64,000 nt of DNA, taken from NCBI GenBank assembly GCA_964586735.1, contig CAZPIN010000242.1, positions 257 to 64,256 of the forward strand. The letters run 5' to 3'. This DNA comes from an uncultured Rhodobacterales bacterium. Lineage in GTDB: Bacteria > Pseudomonadota > Alphaproteobacteria > Rhodobacterales > CAZPXZ01. Both the position numbers and the translations under genes were made by a program. The notes beneath the pieces were generated by a model. That model was not told the origin of the DNA and searched no databases. It worked only from the letters and a program-made list of their open reading frames with translations. Each line of letters begins with the position of its first letter. The first letter of the stretch is position 1. Shown in pieces: positions 1 through 7,862 of the stretch.

Positions 1-94
1 CAGCCGCTAGTAGGCAGCGCTGCCAGCATAGCCGGGTTGCACCACTCTAGGACTTAGGGTAGACATCTTCCGGCGCTATCGTCTACCGCTGGAT

Positions 95-559
95 TTGCCC
101 GTGCCCCTACGCCAGCCCGAGCTACCGAATCTTCCCAGTTTCAAGCTCTCGCAGTATCTGCCGCACCAGCTTACAGCTGCTGCCGAACACCTCTGCGCCG
201 GCATCGCACGGCGCATATGGGCGGAATTCAGACTTACCGACGCCGAGTGGAGAATCCTGGCGCTGCTGGCTGACCGGGGCGACGTGCTGGTCGCGGACGT
301 CGAGGGGTTGGTGTATCTGGAGCAGCGCAGAATCGCCAAGGCCGTACATCGACTCGTCGCGTTGGACTATGTCGAGAAATACAAGGACAAGAGCGACAAA
401 CGCATTCTGTATCTCGCCCTGACCAGAAGGGGCGTCCTTATGGCCCAGCGCCTGCTGGCGGTGGCGCGCGAGTACCAGCGGAACCTCGAAGAAGTCACCG
501 GCCCGGATTGGAAAAGCCTGGAACGCGCGCTTGGCAACCTGCTTCGGGAGCCGCTCTGA
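95..559 (+). CDS. MarR-family winged-helix transcriptional regulator
   Basis: 154-aa ORF with a TTG start as drawn. 'LTDAEWRILALLADRG..VADVEGLVYLEQRRIAKAVHRLVALDYVEKYKDKSDKRILYLALTRRG' matches the MarR wHTH plus wing pattern. Confidence 0.8.
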   Translation: MPVPLRQPELPNLPSFKLSQYLPHQLTAAAEHLCAGIARRIWAEFRLTDAEWRILALLADRGDVLVADVEGLVYLEQRRIAKAVHRLVALDYVEKYKDKSDKRILYLALTRRGVLMAQRLLAVAREYQRNLEEVTGPDWKSLERALGNLLREPL

Positions 560-705
560 GCCATCTTGGAGATGCCGCCTGCCAGAGCATACGAGACTGG
601 AGGATTATGCAGGTTTCAAAGACTTGGCGCTTATGATGCAGTTTGCCACCATTTGCACCGCGCACACCCAGTCGGAAACCCGCTCAATTGAATGAGAAAA
701 CTCTA

Positions 706-735
706 TATGATACGTTTTGATACAGTTTGATACAT
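706..735 (+). promoter_or_regulatory. Three direct TGATAC hexamers at exact 10-bp spacing upstream of Hcp-like gene 1
   Basis: TGATAC at 708-713, 718-723 and 728-733 ('tgatacgttttgatacagtttgatac'), about 110 nt upstream of the ATG at 844. Function unknown. Confidence 0.4.
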
Positions 736-843
736 TTACAGGATATTGTATTCTCTTGCTGCAAGCACTACGGCAACTACCATACGGCGCACTGGCAAAT
801 CGCGCCGCCGTGGCGTGGATGCAGAAAGCAAGGAGACAGTGTC

Positions 844-1530
844 ATGGCTACAATCGTACTGGATATGGGCTCGGGGTTCTCAGGCGAATGCACCGTTAGG
901 GGCTTCACTGGCTACCTTGACGCGGTCGCGATCTTCGATGCCATCGAAGTACCCGTGCCGCAGCAGCGCACCACCGGGGGCGGCCGCACCGTCGGCAGGT
1001 CCAGAATATCCGACATCGAAGTCGTTCGCCTCGTCGACTCGGCCTCGCCTTCCATCGCCAACGCCTGCAGCGGCGGCAGGATGATCCCCGAGATCCATAT
1101 CCTCCTGTTTCGCATGCTTGAGGGCGAGCTGGTCAACCACATGGAGTACAAGATGTGGAACAGCTACATCACCCGGCTCGAGCGGGACAGCGAGGATGCG
1201 GCGGGGACCGTCTATGGACCGCACCTCAACGATTCCGGGGACCTCCTGCAGTCTAGGCCGAGCGCAGGGGCGGCCGCCACGCTCGCGCAGCGGTCGAGCA
1301 ACGTGACAGACCGCCCTTCGACGCGTCCGGCTGTGCCAAGCTTGGGGGCCAGCGTCAACCCAGTACAGGTCGAGCGGCTTTGGATCCGTCCGGCCGCAGC
1401 CAGCTGGACCTATCGGCAATACGGGCAGGGCGTCCGGCTGGGCGCCACGTCGGCCGGTTGGGACTTTGAAGGGGGCATCGATATTGACCAGAGCGCCGTG
1501 CCGAAGCAGGGGCCGAGACGCAAAGCGTAA
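844..1530 (+). CDS. hcp: Hcp/TssD-like tube-protein homolog, paralog 1, with an internal ~50-aa insertion
   Basis: ORF 727..1530 trimmed to ATG 844, which follows the SD 'AAGGAGA'. N-terminus 'MATIVLDMGSGFSGEC' and core 'VDSASPSIANACSGGRMIPEIHILLFRMLEGELVNHMEYKMWNSYITRLE' match the Hcp pattern as I recall it (D.sTP.L..ac..G..i....l..rk). The C-terminal 'VERLWIRPAAASWTY..GWDFEGG' resembles the last Hcp strands. Confidence 0.7.
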   Translation: MATIVLDMGSGFSGECTVRGFTGYLDAVAIFDAIEVPVPQQRTTGGGRTVGRSRISDIEVVRLVDSASPSIANACSGGRMIPEIHILLFRMLEGELVNHMEYKMWNSYITRLERDSEDAAGTVYGPHLNDSGDLLQSRPSAGAAATLAQRSSNVTDRPSTRPAVPSLGASVNPVQVERLWIRPAAASWTYRQYGQGVRLGATSAGWDFEGGIDIDQSAVPKQGPRRKA

Positions 1531-2326
1531 CCGCGGGAAGGAGTGTCGCAGAAGCCCTGGGCAGCCGTCCTGCCCTCCGTCTCGGCCCTTGCCGCCAGAC
1601 AGACGCAGGACAGCAGCCGCCGGCGCACCGCATTGGGCTGGTTCGGAAACCCGAGACTGAGGCCGACTTAGTGGGGTGTGTCAGGGGCGCGCTTGGCGCG
1701 GAATCTTCCCGGCCGACGGAACCATCGACGAGAGGCACTCTCCGGAGGCGGCATGCCCCGTAGGGAGGTGGTCCGCGGCGGCGCTTCATGACTTGCCGCG
1801 TAGAAGATGGCCGCCTTCGGCGACGGCGGCGCATTCCAAAATAACGTGAGGCTCAGCCCCCTGCTGGATGCCAGTGATCCATCATGGCGCCGGCGATACG
1901 CATCGTCGGTGTTGTCAGGAAGGCGGCTGCGGGCTAGGATTCGCCGCTCGTAGCGGCGGTGTCTGAGTGACCGGATGTTTCCGCAATGGGGAGCCGAATG
2001 CTCCGCAATGGACAGCTGTTCCGCCAGCAGTCTTGTCTGCGCCATCTCAGGTTGAGCGATGGAACAGCCGTCGGCCCCCGCGCCGCAGGCGCACGGCGCA
2101 GAAGCCATCCAGCCCGGCGTCCGGCCGCGCCGTCCAGAAGCAGTTCTTGTCCAGCCGCGGGCCAGCGTCTCAGGCTTCGCACGGTCGAGCTCAGGTTGAC
2201 CTGCGGTACCAAATGACGAGACCGTCAGGAGAGCGGCGGCGTGCATGGGTTGCACTTGGAGAAGAGAGGATGCTGTCAAGCGCGGCGCAGCGACTGCATC
2301 AAAGTGCCGTCAAGCGTCAGTCCATA

Positions 2327-2426
2327 TGATACAATTTGCTAGCGATTGCTACCCGCAGAACTGAGATTTCGCCCCCCGTGAAATGATGCGATGGCTTGCT
2401 TGAGCCTGTTTGATATAGTTTGATAC
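2327..2426 (+). promoter_or_regulatory. TGATAC/TGATAT repeats upstream of Hcp-like gene 2, homologous to the 706-735 element
   Basis: TGATAC at 2327-2332. TGATAT at 2411-2416 and TGATAC at 2421-2426 are 10 bp apart. The flanks 'gtttgatatagtttgatac' align with copy 1. Confidence 0.35.
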
Positions 2427-2543
2427 TTTTTTGCAGTATGAATTCCATTTGCGGTACGCGGCGGAAAGGCTACTCTATGGCATGCGAGCTGTTCCGCTCC
2501 AGCGCGGAGCAGGAACCGCAAAGCAACAGAAGGAACCAGAACC

Positions 2544-3200
2544 ATGGCGACAATCGTATTGGACATCAGGGGAATCCGAGGAGAATCCAGAGTTGCGGGC
2601 TATCAAGGATGCCTTGATGCAGTCGCAGTCTTCGACTCTCAGGAAGTACCCGTGTCGCAGGTCCCCGGCTCGACCGGACGCACAGTCGGCAGAGCCGCTC
2701 TGGCCGACTTTCAGGTCGTGCGCTACGTCGATTCGGCTTCGCCGGCGATCGCCAAAGCGTGCAGCGGAGGCCAGGAGATCCGGGAGATCAGGATTTTGCT
2801 GTTCCGCATGCTTGATGGCCAGATGGTCAATCATATGACCTACAAGCTGGTGAACAGCTACATCACCCGGCTAACGCGACAAAGCGAGGATGCTGCAGGG
2901 ACCGTCTTTGGCCATCAGATCAATGATGCCGCTGAGACACTGGTACCCAGCGCCAACGCTGGAGCGGCCGCTGCGCTCACGCGGCAGCTTGTCGCAGACC
3001 GCCCTACCCCGCGTCCGGCCAAGGAATCTCCATGGTTCAGAGCCGTGGAAGGCGACGTCGAACGTCTTTGGATCCGTCCAGCCGCAGTCAGCTGGGCCTA
3101 CCAGGAGTACAAGAATGGCGCACGGCAAGGCACCACCATGACCGGGTGGCACTTTGAAGAGGGCGTCGATATTGGCGAAAGCTCTTTGGTGACGGGATAG
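2544..3200 (+). CDS. hcp: Hcp/TssD-like tube-protein homolog, paralog 2, with an internal insertion
   Basis: 218 aa. It has the same N-terminal 'MATIVLDIRGIRGES', core 'VDSASPAIAKACSGGQEIREIRILLFRML' and tail 'VERLWIRPAAVSWAYQEY..GWHFEEG'. The leader 'gcaaagcaacagaaggaaccagaaccATGG' is conserved. Confidence 0.7.
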   Translation: MATIVLDIRGIRGESRVAGYQGCLDAVAVFDSQEVPVSQVPGSTGRTVGRAALADFQVVRYVDSASPAIAKACSGGQEIREIRILLFRMLDGQMVNHMTYKLVNSYITRLTRQSEDAAGTVFGHQINDAAETLVPSANAGAAAALTRQLVADRPTPRPAKESPWFRAVEGDVERLWIRPAAVSWAYQEYKNGARQGTTMTGWHFEEGVDIGESSLVTG

Positions 3201-3389
3201 CAGCCAGTGAGCGCTCGCCAAAACCGAACCATGAGCCCTGTTGCCGCTCAGGCGCTTTGCCGCCAGACACGGGCAGAACAGGCGCCGCCCAGCCTCAACG
3301 GGCTGGATTGAAGCGGCCGCCACCACCATTGCGCACCAGTCCACTCCATAGCGGAGTGGAAGCCGCAAGCAACAGAAGGAAACAGAACC

Positions 3390-4040
3390 ATGGCAACAAT
3401 CGTATTGGAAATCGATGGATACCAGGGGGAATGCAGGATCGTGCGGCATCAAGGCTGCCTCGACGCGGTCGCGATCTTCGACTCCTTGGAGGTTCCGGTA
3501 CCGCAGCAGAGCAGCGGCGCGGCCGGACGCACCGTCGGCAGATCCAGGATGGCGGACATCGAGGTCGTGCGCTACGTCGACTCGGCTTCGCCTTCACTCG
3601 CCAATGCATGCAGCGCAGTCAAGCACATCGGCAAGGCGTCGATCCACCTTTTCCGCATGCTTGAGGGCCAGCCGGAAAAGTACATGAGCTACGCGCTGTA
3701 TGACAGCTACATTACCCGAGTCGAGCGGAGCACCGAGGACGCAGCGGGGACCGTCTATGGCCCCCACTTCAACGACTCCGGCAGCGTCATACCGCCCAGC
3801 TCGAACGCTGGAGCTGCCCCTACGATGGAGCAGCTCAAAGCCGCAATTAACGGCCGCCCGGTCCCGCGTCCTGCTTTGCCGGGCACAGGGAGCGGCGTAA
3901 ACCCGGTCCAGGTTGAGCGGCTTTGGTTCCGGTCGGCCTCCGTCGGATGGTTCTACTACCATTACGAGCAGGGCGTCTTCCAAGGCAACTTCAATAAGGG
4001 GTGGAACTTTGAAGAGGGCGCTGAATTGAGGTCGGGGTAG
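3390..4040 (+). CDS. hcp: Hcp/TssD-like tube-protein homolog, paralog 3, with an internal insertion
   Basis: 216 aa: 'MATIVLEIDGYQGEC', 'VDSASPSLANACSAVKHIGKASIHLFRML', 'VERLWFRSASVGWFYYHY..GWNFEEG'. The leader 'gcaagcaacagaaggaaacagaaccATGG' is nearly identical to paralog 2. Confidence 0.7.
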   Translation: MATIVLEIDGYQGECRIVRHQGCLDAVAIFDSLEVPVPQQSSGAAGRTVGRSRMADIEVVRYVDSASPSLANACSAVKHIGKASIHLFRMLEGQPEKYMSYALYDSYITRVERSTEDAAGTVYGPHFNDSGSVIPPSSNAGAAPTMEQLKAAINGRPVPRPALPGTGSGVNPVQVERLWFRSASVGWFYYHYEQGVFQGNFNKGWNFEEGAELRSG

Positions 4041-4318
4041 CAGCTGGCGAGCGCCCGCCAAGGCTGAGAACAGGCGCCAGCCCGCCTCCCTCGCCCCGGC
4101 GTGGATCCAGCGGGCAGGTGCTTGTTCTCGTCGACGGACCGAGCGGCCCCGAAGGGGGAGGCCGAACGAATAGAATTCGTTAGGGCTACGCCGGATACGC
4201 GGGCGTCCCTACTCTGCCAGGATGCTGCCCGGGCGCAGTCTCGGCGAGACGCCGCCTGTAGGGGAATCGTGGACCGCGCTTGGGGACTTGACCTGCATGA
4301 CCCCGCGACGGCTGCCGT

Positions 4319-4618
4319 CTACTGCCGGTCCCTGCGGCGTCTTGACGCCCGCCCCCTGCTTCCACGCGCCGTCGGCTGAAGCCCCTCGCGCAGCACCGCC
4401 TTCATAGGGTGCCCGTCAGGCTCGCCCCCGTGCAGCTCCAGCAAAAAGCGGATCGCTTCCGCGCTGTCGGTCTCGGCAGGCAGGCCAAGCGCCCAGTCGA
4501 AGAAAATGCTGCGGCAGGCCGACTCGGTGATGCCCTCGATGCGAAAGGACTCCTGAATCAGCCCCCGCGGATCGTGGGGCGTACCCTTGCCGGGAATTCC
4601 TGCCGCGTCAGCAGGCAC
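4319..4618 (-). CDS. Hypothetical protein (99 aa)
   Basis: ORF only. It sits directly downstream of yebC on the same strand. No family recognised with confidence. Confidence 0.35.
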   Translation of the reverse strand: MPADAAGIPGKGTPHDPRGLIQESFRIEGITESACRSIFFDWALGLPAETDSAEAIRFLLELHGGEPDGHPMKAVLREGLQPTARGSRGRASRRRRDRQ

Positions 4619-4620
4619 GC

Positions 4621-5370
4621 TCAGCCCGCCAGGTCCTCGAGCATGTCGTCGGCCAACTCGAAATTGGCGAAGACCTCCTGGACGTCGTCGTCGTCCTCCA
4701 GCGTGGCGAACAGCCGCAGCGCCCTATCCGCCATCTCCCCCTCCACGGGCACCGTGTGCGTCGGCGACCACGCCTGCCGCGCCCGCGCCGGCGGCCGGCC
4801 CAGCGACTGCTCCAGAGCTGCCGCGACCTCCGCCAGGGCGGCCGGTTCGCAGACGATCCGATGTACCTCATCGGAGGACTCCACGTCGCGCGCACCGCTC
4901 TCGCTGGCGGCCAGAAACACGGTCTCCTCGTCGCCCGCCTCGCCATCGAGCAGAATCTCGCCAACCCGCTCGAACTGGAATCGCACCGCTCCGCCCTCGG
5001 CAAGCGACCCGCCGCTCTTGTCGAACTTCGAGCGCAGGCTGGCCGCGGTGCGGTTGCGGTTGTCGGTCAGGGCCTCGACCATGTAGCCGACTCCGCCGGG
5101 GCCGTATCCCTCGTAGCACACCTCGGCGTAGTCCTCGCCGCCGCCGCCGACGGCCTTCTGAATCGCGCGCTCGATGTTGTCCTTCGGCATGTTGTTGCCG
5201 CGGGCTTCCTGAATCGCGAGGCGCAGGCGGGGATTGCCGCTCGGGTCGCCGCCGCCCATCCGGGCGGCAACCGTGATCTCGCGCGTCAGGCGCGCAAAAA
5301 TCTTGCCCCGCTTCTGGTCCTGGCGGCCCTTGCGGTGCATGATGTTCTTGAACTGGGAATGTCCGGCCAA
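4621..5370 (-). CDS. yebC: YebC/PmpR-family DNA-binding regulator
   Basis: 'AGHSQFKNIMHRKGRQDQKRGKIFARLTREI' is the family N-terminus. I trimmed ORF 4621..5436 to the TTG at 5370, which gives 'MAGHSQF'. Confidence 0.9.
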   Translation of the reverse strand: MAGHSQFKNIMHRKGRQDQKRGKIFARLTREITVAARMGGGDPSGNPRLRLAIQEARGNNMPKDNIERAIQKAVGGGGEDYAEVCYEGYGPGGVGYMVEALTDNRNRTAASLRSKFDKSGGSLAEGGAVRFQFERVGEILLDGEAGDEETVFLAASESGARDVESSDEVHRIVCEPAALAEVAAALEQSLGRPPARARQAWSPTHTVPVEGEMADRALRLFATLEDDDDVQEVFANFELADDMLEDLAG

Positions 5371-5398
5371 ACCGCCCTCCTTCGCCGTCGCCGCGGCG

Positions 5399-6223
5399 CT
5401 ACTCGATACCCTCGGGCCAAATCTCCTCAAGCGCACCGCCTACCCGCACCTGCTCCACGCGGCGCGCCAAGCCCATACGGTCGTCGGTCTCCACATATAT
5501 AGCGCACAGCGTGGGGTTCTCGACGGCGGGATGCAGACGGCCGCCGCGCATGCCGGTGGAGAAGCGCAGCACCGCCGCCTCCTTGCTGTTGCCGATCACC
5601 GAATTGAAACTGCCGCACATGCCCACGTCGGTGACGTAGGCCGTCCCCTGCTCCAGAATGCGGGTGTCCGCCGTGGGAACGTGGGTGTGCGTGCCGACAA
5701 CCATGCTGACCCGCCCGTCGCAGAACCATCCCATCGCCATGGTCTCGGAAGTCGCCTCGGCGTGGAAGTCGAGCACCGTCGCGTTCACTTCGCGTCCAAT
5801 CCGCATGACCGCCAGCAGCCTGTCGGCGTCCTCGAAGGGATCGTCGTAATGTCCAGGCATCCCCACCCGGCCGAGCAGCTGGAGCACCAGCACCCTGCGC
5901 CCGTCGGGCAGGCTAAACACGTCGGAGCCGCGGCCTGGTGCGCCGCGGGCGATGTTGATGGGACGAAGCAGCCGTGGTTCGCGCTCGAAGTAGGACAGAA
6001 CCGAGTCGTTGTCGAAGGCATGGTTGCCCAGCGTAATCACGTCGGCGCCGGCGGCGTACATCTGGTTCGCCTGGGCGGGAGTGATGCCCTTGCCATGGGA
6101 GGCGTTCTCGCCGTTGACCACCACGAAGTCCAGCTTCAGCCGGTCGCGCAGCTCCGGCAGGCGGCCGGCGACGATCTGCCGCCCGCCCCGTCCCATGACG
6201 TCTCCGACAAACAGAATGCGCAT
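5399..6223 (-). CDS. YmdB-like metallophosphoesterase (TIGR00282-type)
   Basis: 'MRILFVGDVMGRGGR...DFVVVNGENASHGKGIT...DVITLGNHAFD' are calcineurin-like phosphoesterase motifs typical of YmdB. Confidence 0.85.
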   Translation of the reverse strand: MRILFVGDVMGRGGRQIVAGRLPELRDRLKLDFVVVNGENASHGKGITPAQANQMYAAGADVITLGNHAFDNDSVLSYFEREPRLLRPINIARGAPGRGSDVFSLPDGRRVLVLQLLGRVGMPGHYDDPFEDADRLLAVMRIGREVNATVLDFHAEATSETMAMGWFCDGRVSMVVGTHTHVPTADTRILEQGTAYVTDVGMCGSFNSVIGNSKEAAVLRFSTGMRGGRLHPAVENPTLCAIYVETDDRMGLARRVEQVRVGGALEEIWPEGIE

Positions 6224-6807
6224 CAGCCGCCAAACTCCACTGTCCCGTCCTCGGTTACGACCGCATCGAGTGGGATGTCGCGTTCCCCCGCCGGCACCCG
6301 CTCAACTTCTTGGGCGGCAAAGGCAAATCCAACCGCCCGGCAGGGGCCATCCGCGCGAAGCGCCGCCAGCGTGCGGTCGTAGTAGCCGCCGCCGTAGCCC
6401 AGCCGGTATCCGGCGCGGTCCCAGGCGAGCAGCGGCACCACGAGCCTGCTTGGCCGAAGCGGCTCGCCTGCCCGCGGTACCGGTATGCCGTACTCACCGG
6501 ACTCCAGCGGCTCTCCCGGCCGCCAGCGCCGAAACTCCAGCGGACTGCCGGGCGCCACCACAGCAGGCAGCGCAAGCCGCGCGCCCAGGCGGTCGGCTTC
6601 GCGAAGGGCATCCATGGGGTCCCGCTCCGTGCGGTAGGCAATGTAGCCGGACACCGCGCAGCCGGGCTCCACCCGCAGCGCCTCGAGCAGATGGCGGCAG
6701 GCCTGGCGGCGCGATTCGTCGGTCTCCGTTCGCCACGCCGCTTCCCGCGTCCGCCGGCTGTCGGTACGGAGGCTGCGCTTGCGGCTTTCGAGGTCGTCAT
6801 CATGCAT
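6223..6807 (-). CDS. 5-formyltetrahydrofolate cyclo-ligase
   Basis: 'LVVPLLAWDRAGYRLGYGGGYYDRTL' is the C-terminal 5-FCL motif. Its stop overlaps the YmdB-like start (TGATG). Confidence 0.8.
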   Translation of the reverse strand: MHDDDLESRKRSLRTDSRRTREAAWRTETDESRRQACRHLLEALRVEPGCAVSGYIAYRTERDPMDALREADRLGARLALPAVVAPGSPLEFRRWRPGEPLESGEYGIPVPRAGEPLRPSRLVVPLLAWDRAGYRLGYGGGYYDRTLAALRADGPCRAVGFAFAAQEVERVPAGERDIPLDAVVTEDGTVEFGG

Positions 6808-6849
6808 TCACGCTTCCCATTTGGCCCGCGCCGCGGCCATCCTGACAAA

Positions 6850-7143
6850 TCATGCGCCGATGCGGGAGGCAAGGCTGCGCATTCGGGCGGCGACGTCGCG
6901 CACGGTCTGGGCAGCCTCGCCCATGGCCGCCTCGTTCTGCGCGGCCGACTCGCTCGATTCGCTCAGGGCCTGGATACCCGCCAATAGCAGCAGCGTCGAC
7001 TCCGGCACAAAGCCCAGGCTGTCGGCAAGGTCGCTGGCGTGGCGGTCGATGACGCCGACGGCCTCGCGCACCTCGCGCTCGGCAGAGGGGTCCGTAGTCA
7101 GCGCGTAGCTGCGCTGGTTCACCTCTACGGAGATCTCCTTCAT
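6850..7143 (-). CDS. zapA: Cell division protein ZapA
   Basis: 97 aa. '[30 protein letters not shown]..' matches the ZapA pattern. Its position upstream of 5-FCL is the conserved arrangement. Confidence 0.8.
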   Translation of the reverse strand: MKEISVEVNQRSYALTTDPSAEREVREAVGVIDRHASDLADSLGFVPESTLLLLAGIQALSESSESAAQNEAAMGEAAQTVRDVAARMRSLASRIGA

Positions 7144-7637
7144 GGCCGCGCTTCCTCTCCGGCGGCCGCCTCGCCCGCCTCTACCAGCCCGTCCATCCCG
7201 TCCTCATCGTCATCCAAGTCATAGTCTTCGTCCGCCTCGCCGTACTCTTCATCCGCGTCGGCCGCCGCATCGTAGCCGCCGTTGCCGCCGCCAAGCGATT
7301 GCCCGTATTCGCTGGCCGCCTCGTCTTCGCCGGAGCTCGCTTCGTCGCTCCCCGCATCCAGCAGCCCCTCGATGCAGTCGGCCGTCCGCAAAAGCTGCTC
7401 GGCGACCTTCGCTCGGACCTCCGCGTCCCTCTGCCGCTCCTCCTCCGCCTGCACGGTCAAGGTTGCCAGCTGGCGCTTGCGCTCCTCGCCAATCTTCTGC
7501 TCGCGCTCCACGGCCTCCTCGAGCATGGACATGGATTCGGACAGTTCCCGCAGCGCGTCGAGCAGGCTCTCGCGGGCGTCCTCCGCTGGCTCCTCCGGCT
7601 CCAGTTTCCAAGCCGGCTGCGCCATCGGCCGCTCCAT
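7140..7637 (-). CDS. DUF4164-like coiled-coil protein with a long acidic C-terminal tail
   Basis: This is the C-terminal 165 codons of the long shadow ORF 7140..9926. It starts '[16 protein letters not shown]', has the coiled-coil '[36 protein letters not shown]', and has an ATGA overlap with zapA. Confidence 0.6.
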   Translation of the reverse strand: MERPMAQPAWKLEPEEPAEDARESLLDALRELSESMSMLEEAVEREQKIGEERKRQLATLTVQAEEERQRDAEVRAKVAEQLLRTADCIEGLLDAGSDEASSGEDEAASEYGQSLGGGNGGYDAAADADEEYGEADEDYDLDDDEDGMDGLVEAGEAAAGEEARP

Positions 7638-7862
7638 GCCTTCCGCGCCCCGGACCATTCCGGGCCGCCTGCCAGCCGCCCTTTTACCGCATCCGCGCAC
7701 CAAGGGGAAATTGCCTCCGGGCCGGCCGCCGCGACCCGGCTGCTCGACGTCTCCGCCGCCATGGCGCCGCCGCCGCCAAGTACGCGCCCCGTCGTCAATT
7801 GCGATATTGTGCGGCGTCGCCGCGCCGCCTGCCGCGGCGGATGCATCGTCCCGGGTAGAGCC

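Noticed and set aside
1531-2543. A 1-kb gap between Hcp-like genes 1 and 2 containing several 60-200-aa ORFs on both strands. One stretch ('..LFWNAPPSPKAAIFYAASHE..') faintly resembles the start of an alpha/beta-hydrolase.
   Set aside because: No frame stays protein-like for more than about 40 residues. I cannot support a gene or a specific pseudogene without a blastx search.
6808-6849. I expected a 6S RNA (ssrS) between zapA and the 5-formyl-THF cyclo-ligase gene, as in many Proteobacteria.
   Set aside because: The intergenic gap is only 42 nt, which is too short for a ~180-nt 6S RNA. No 6S-like structure was seen elsewhere in the window.
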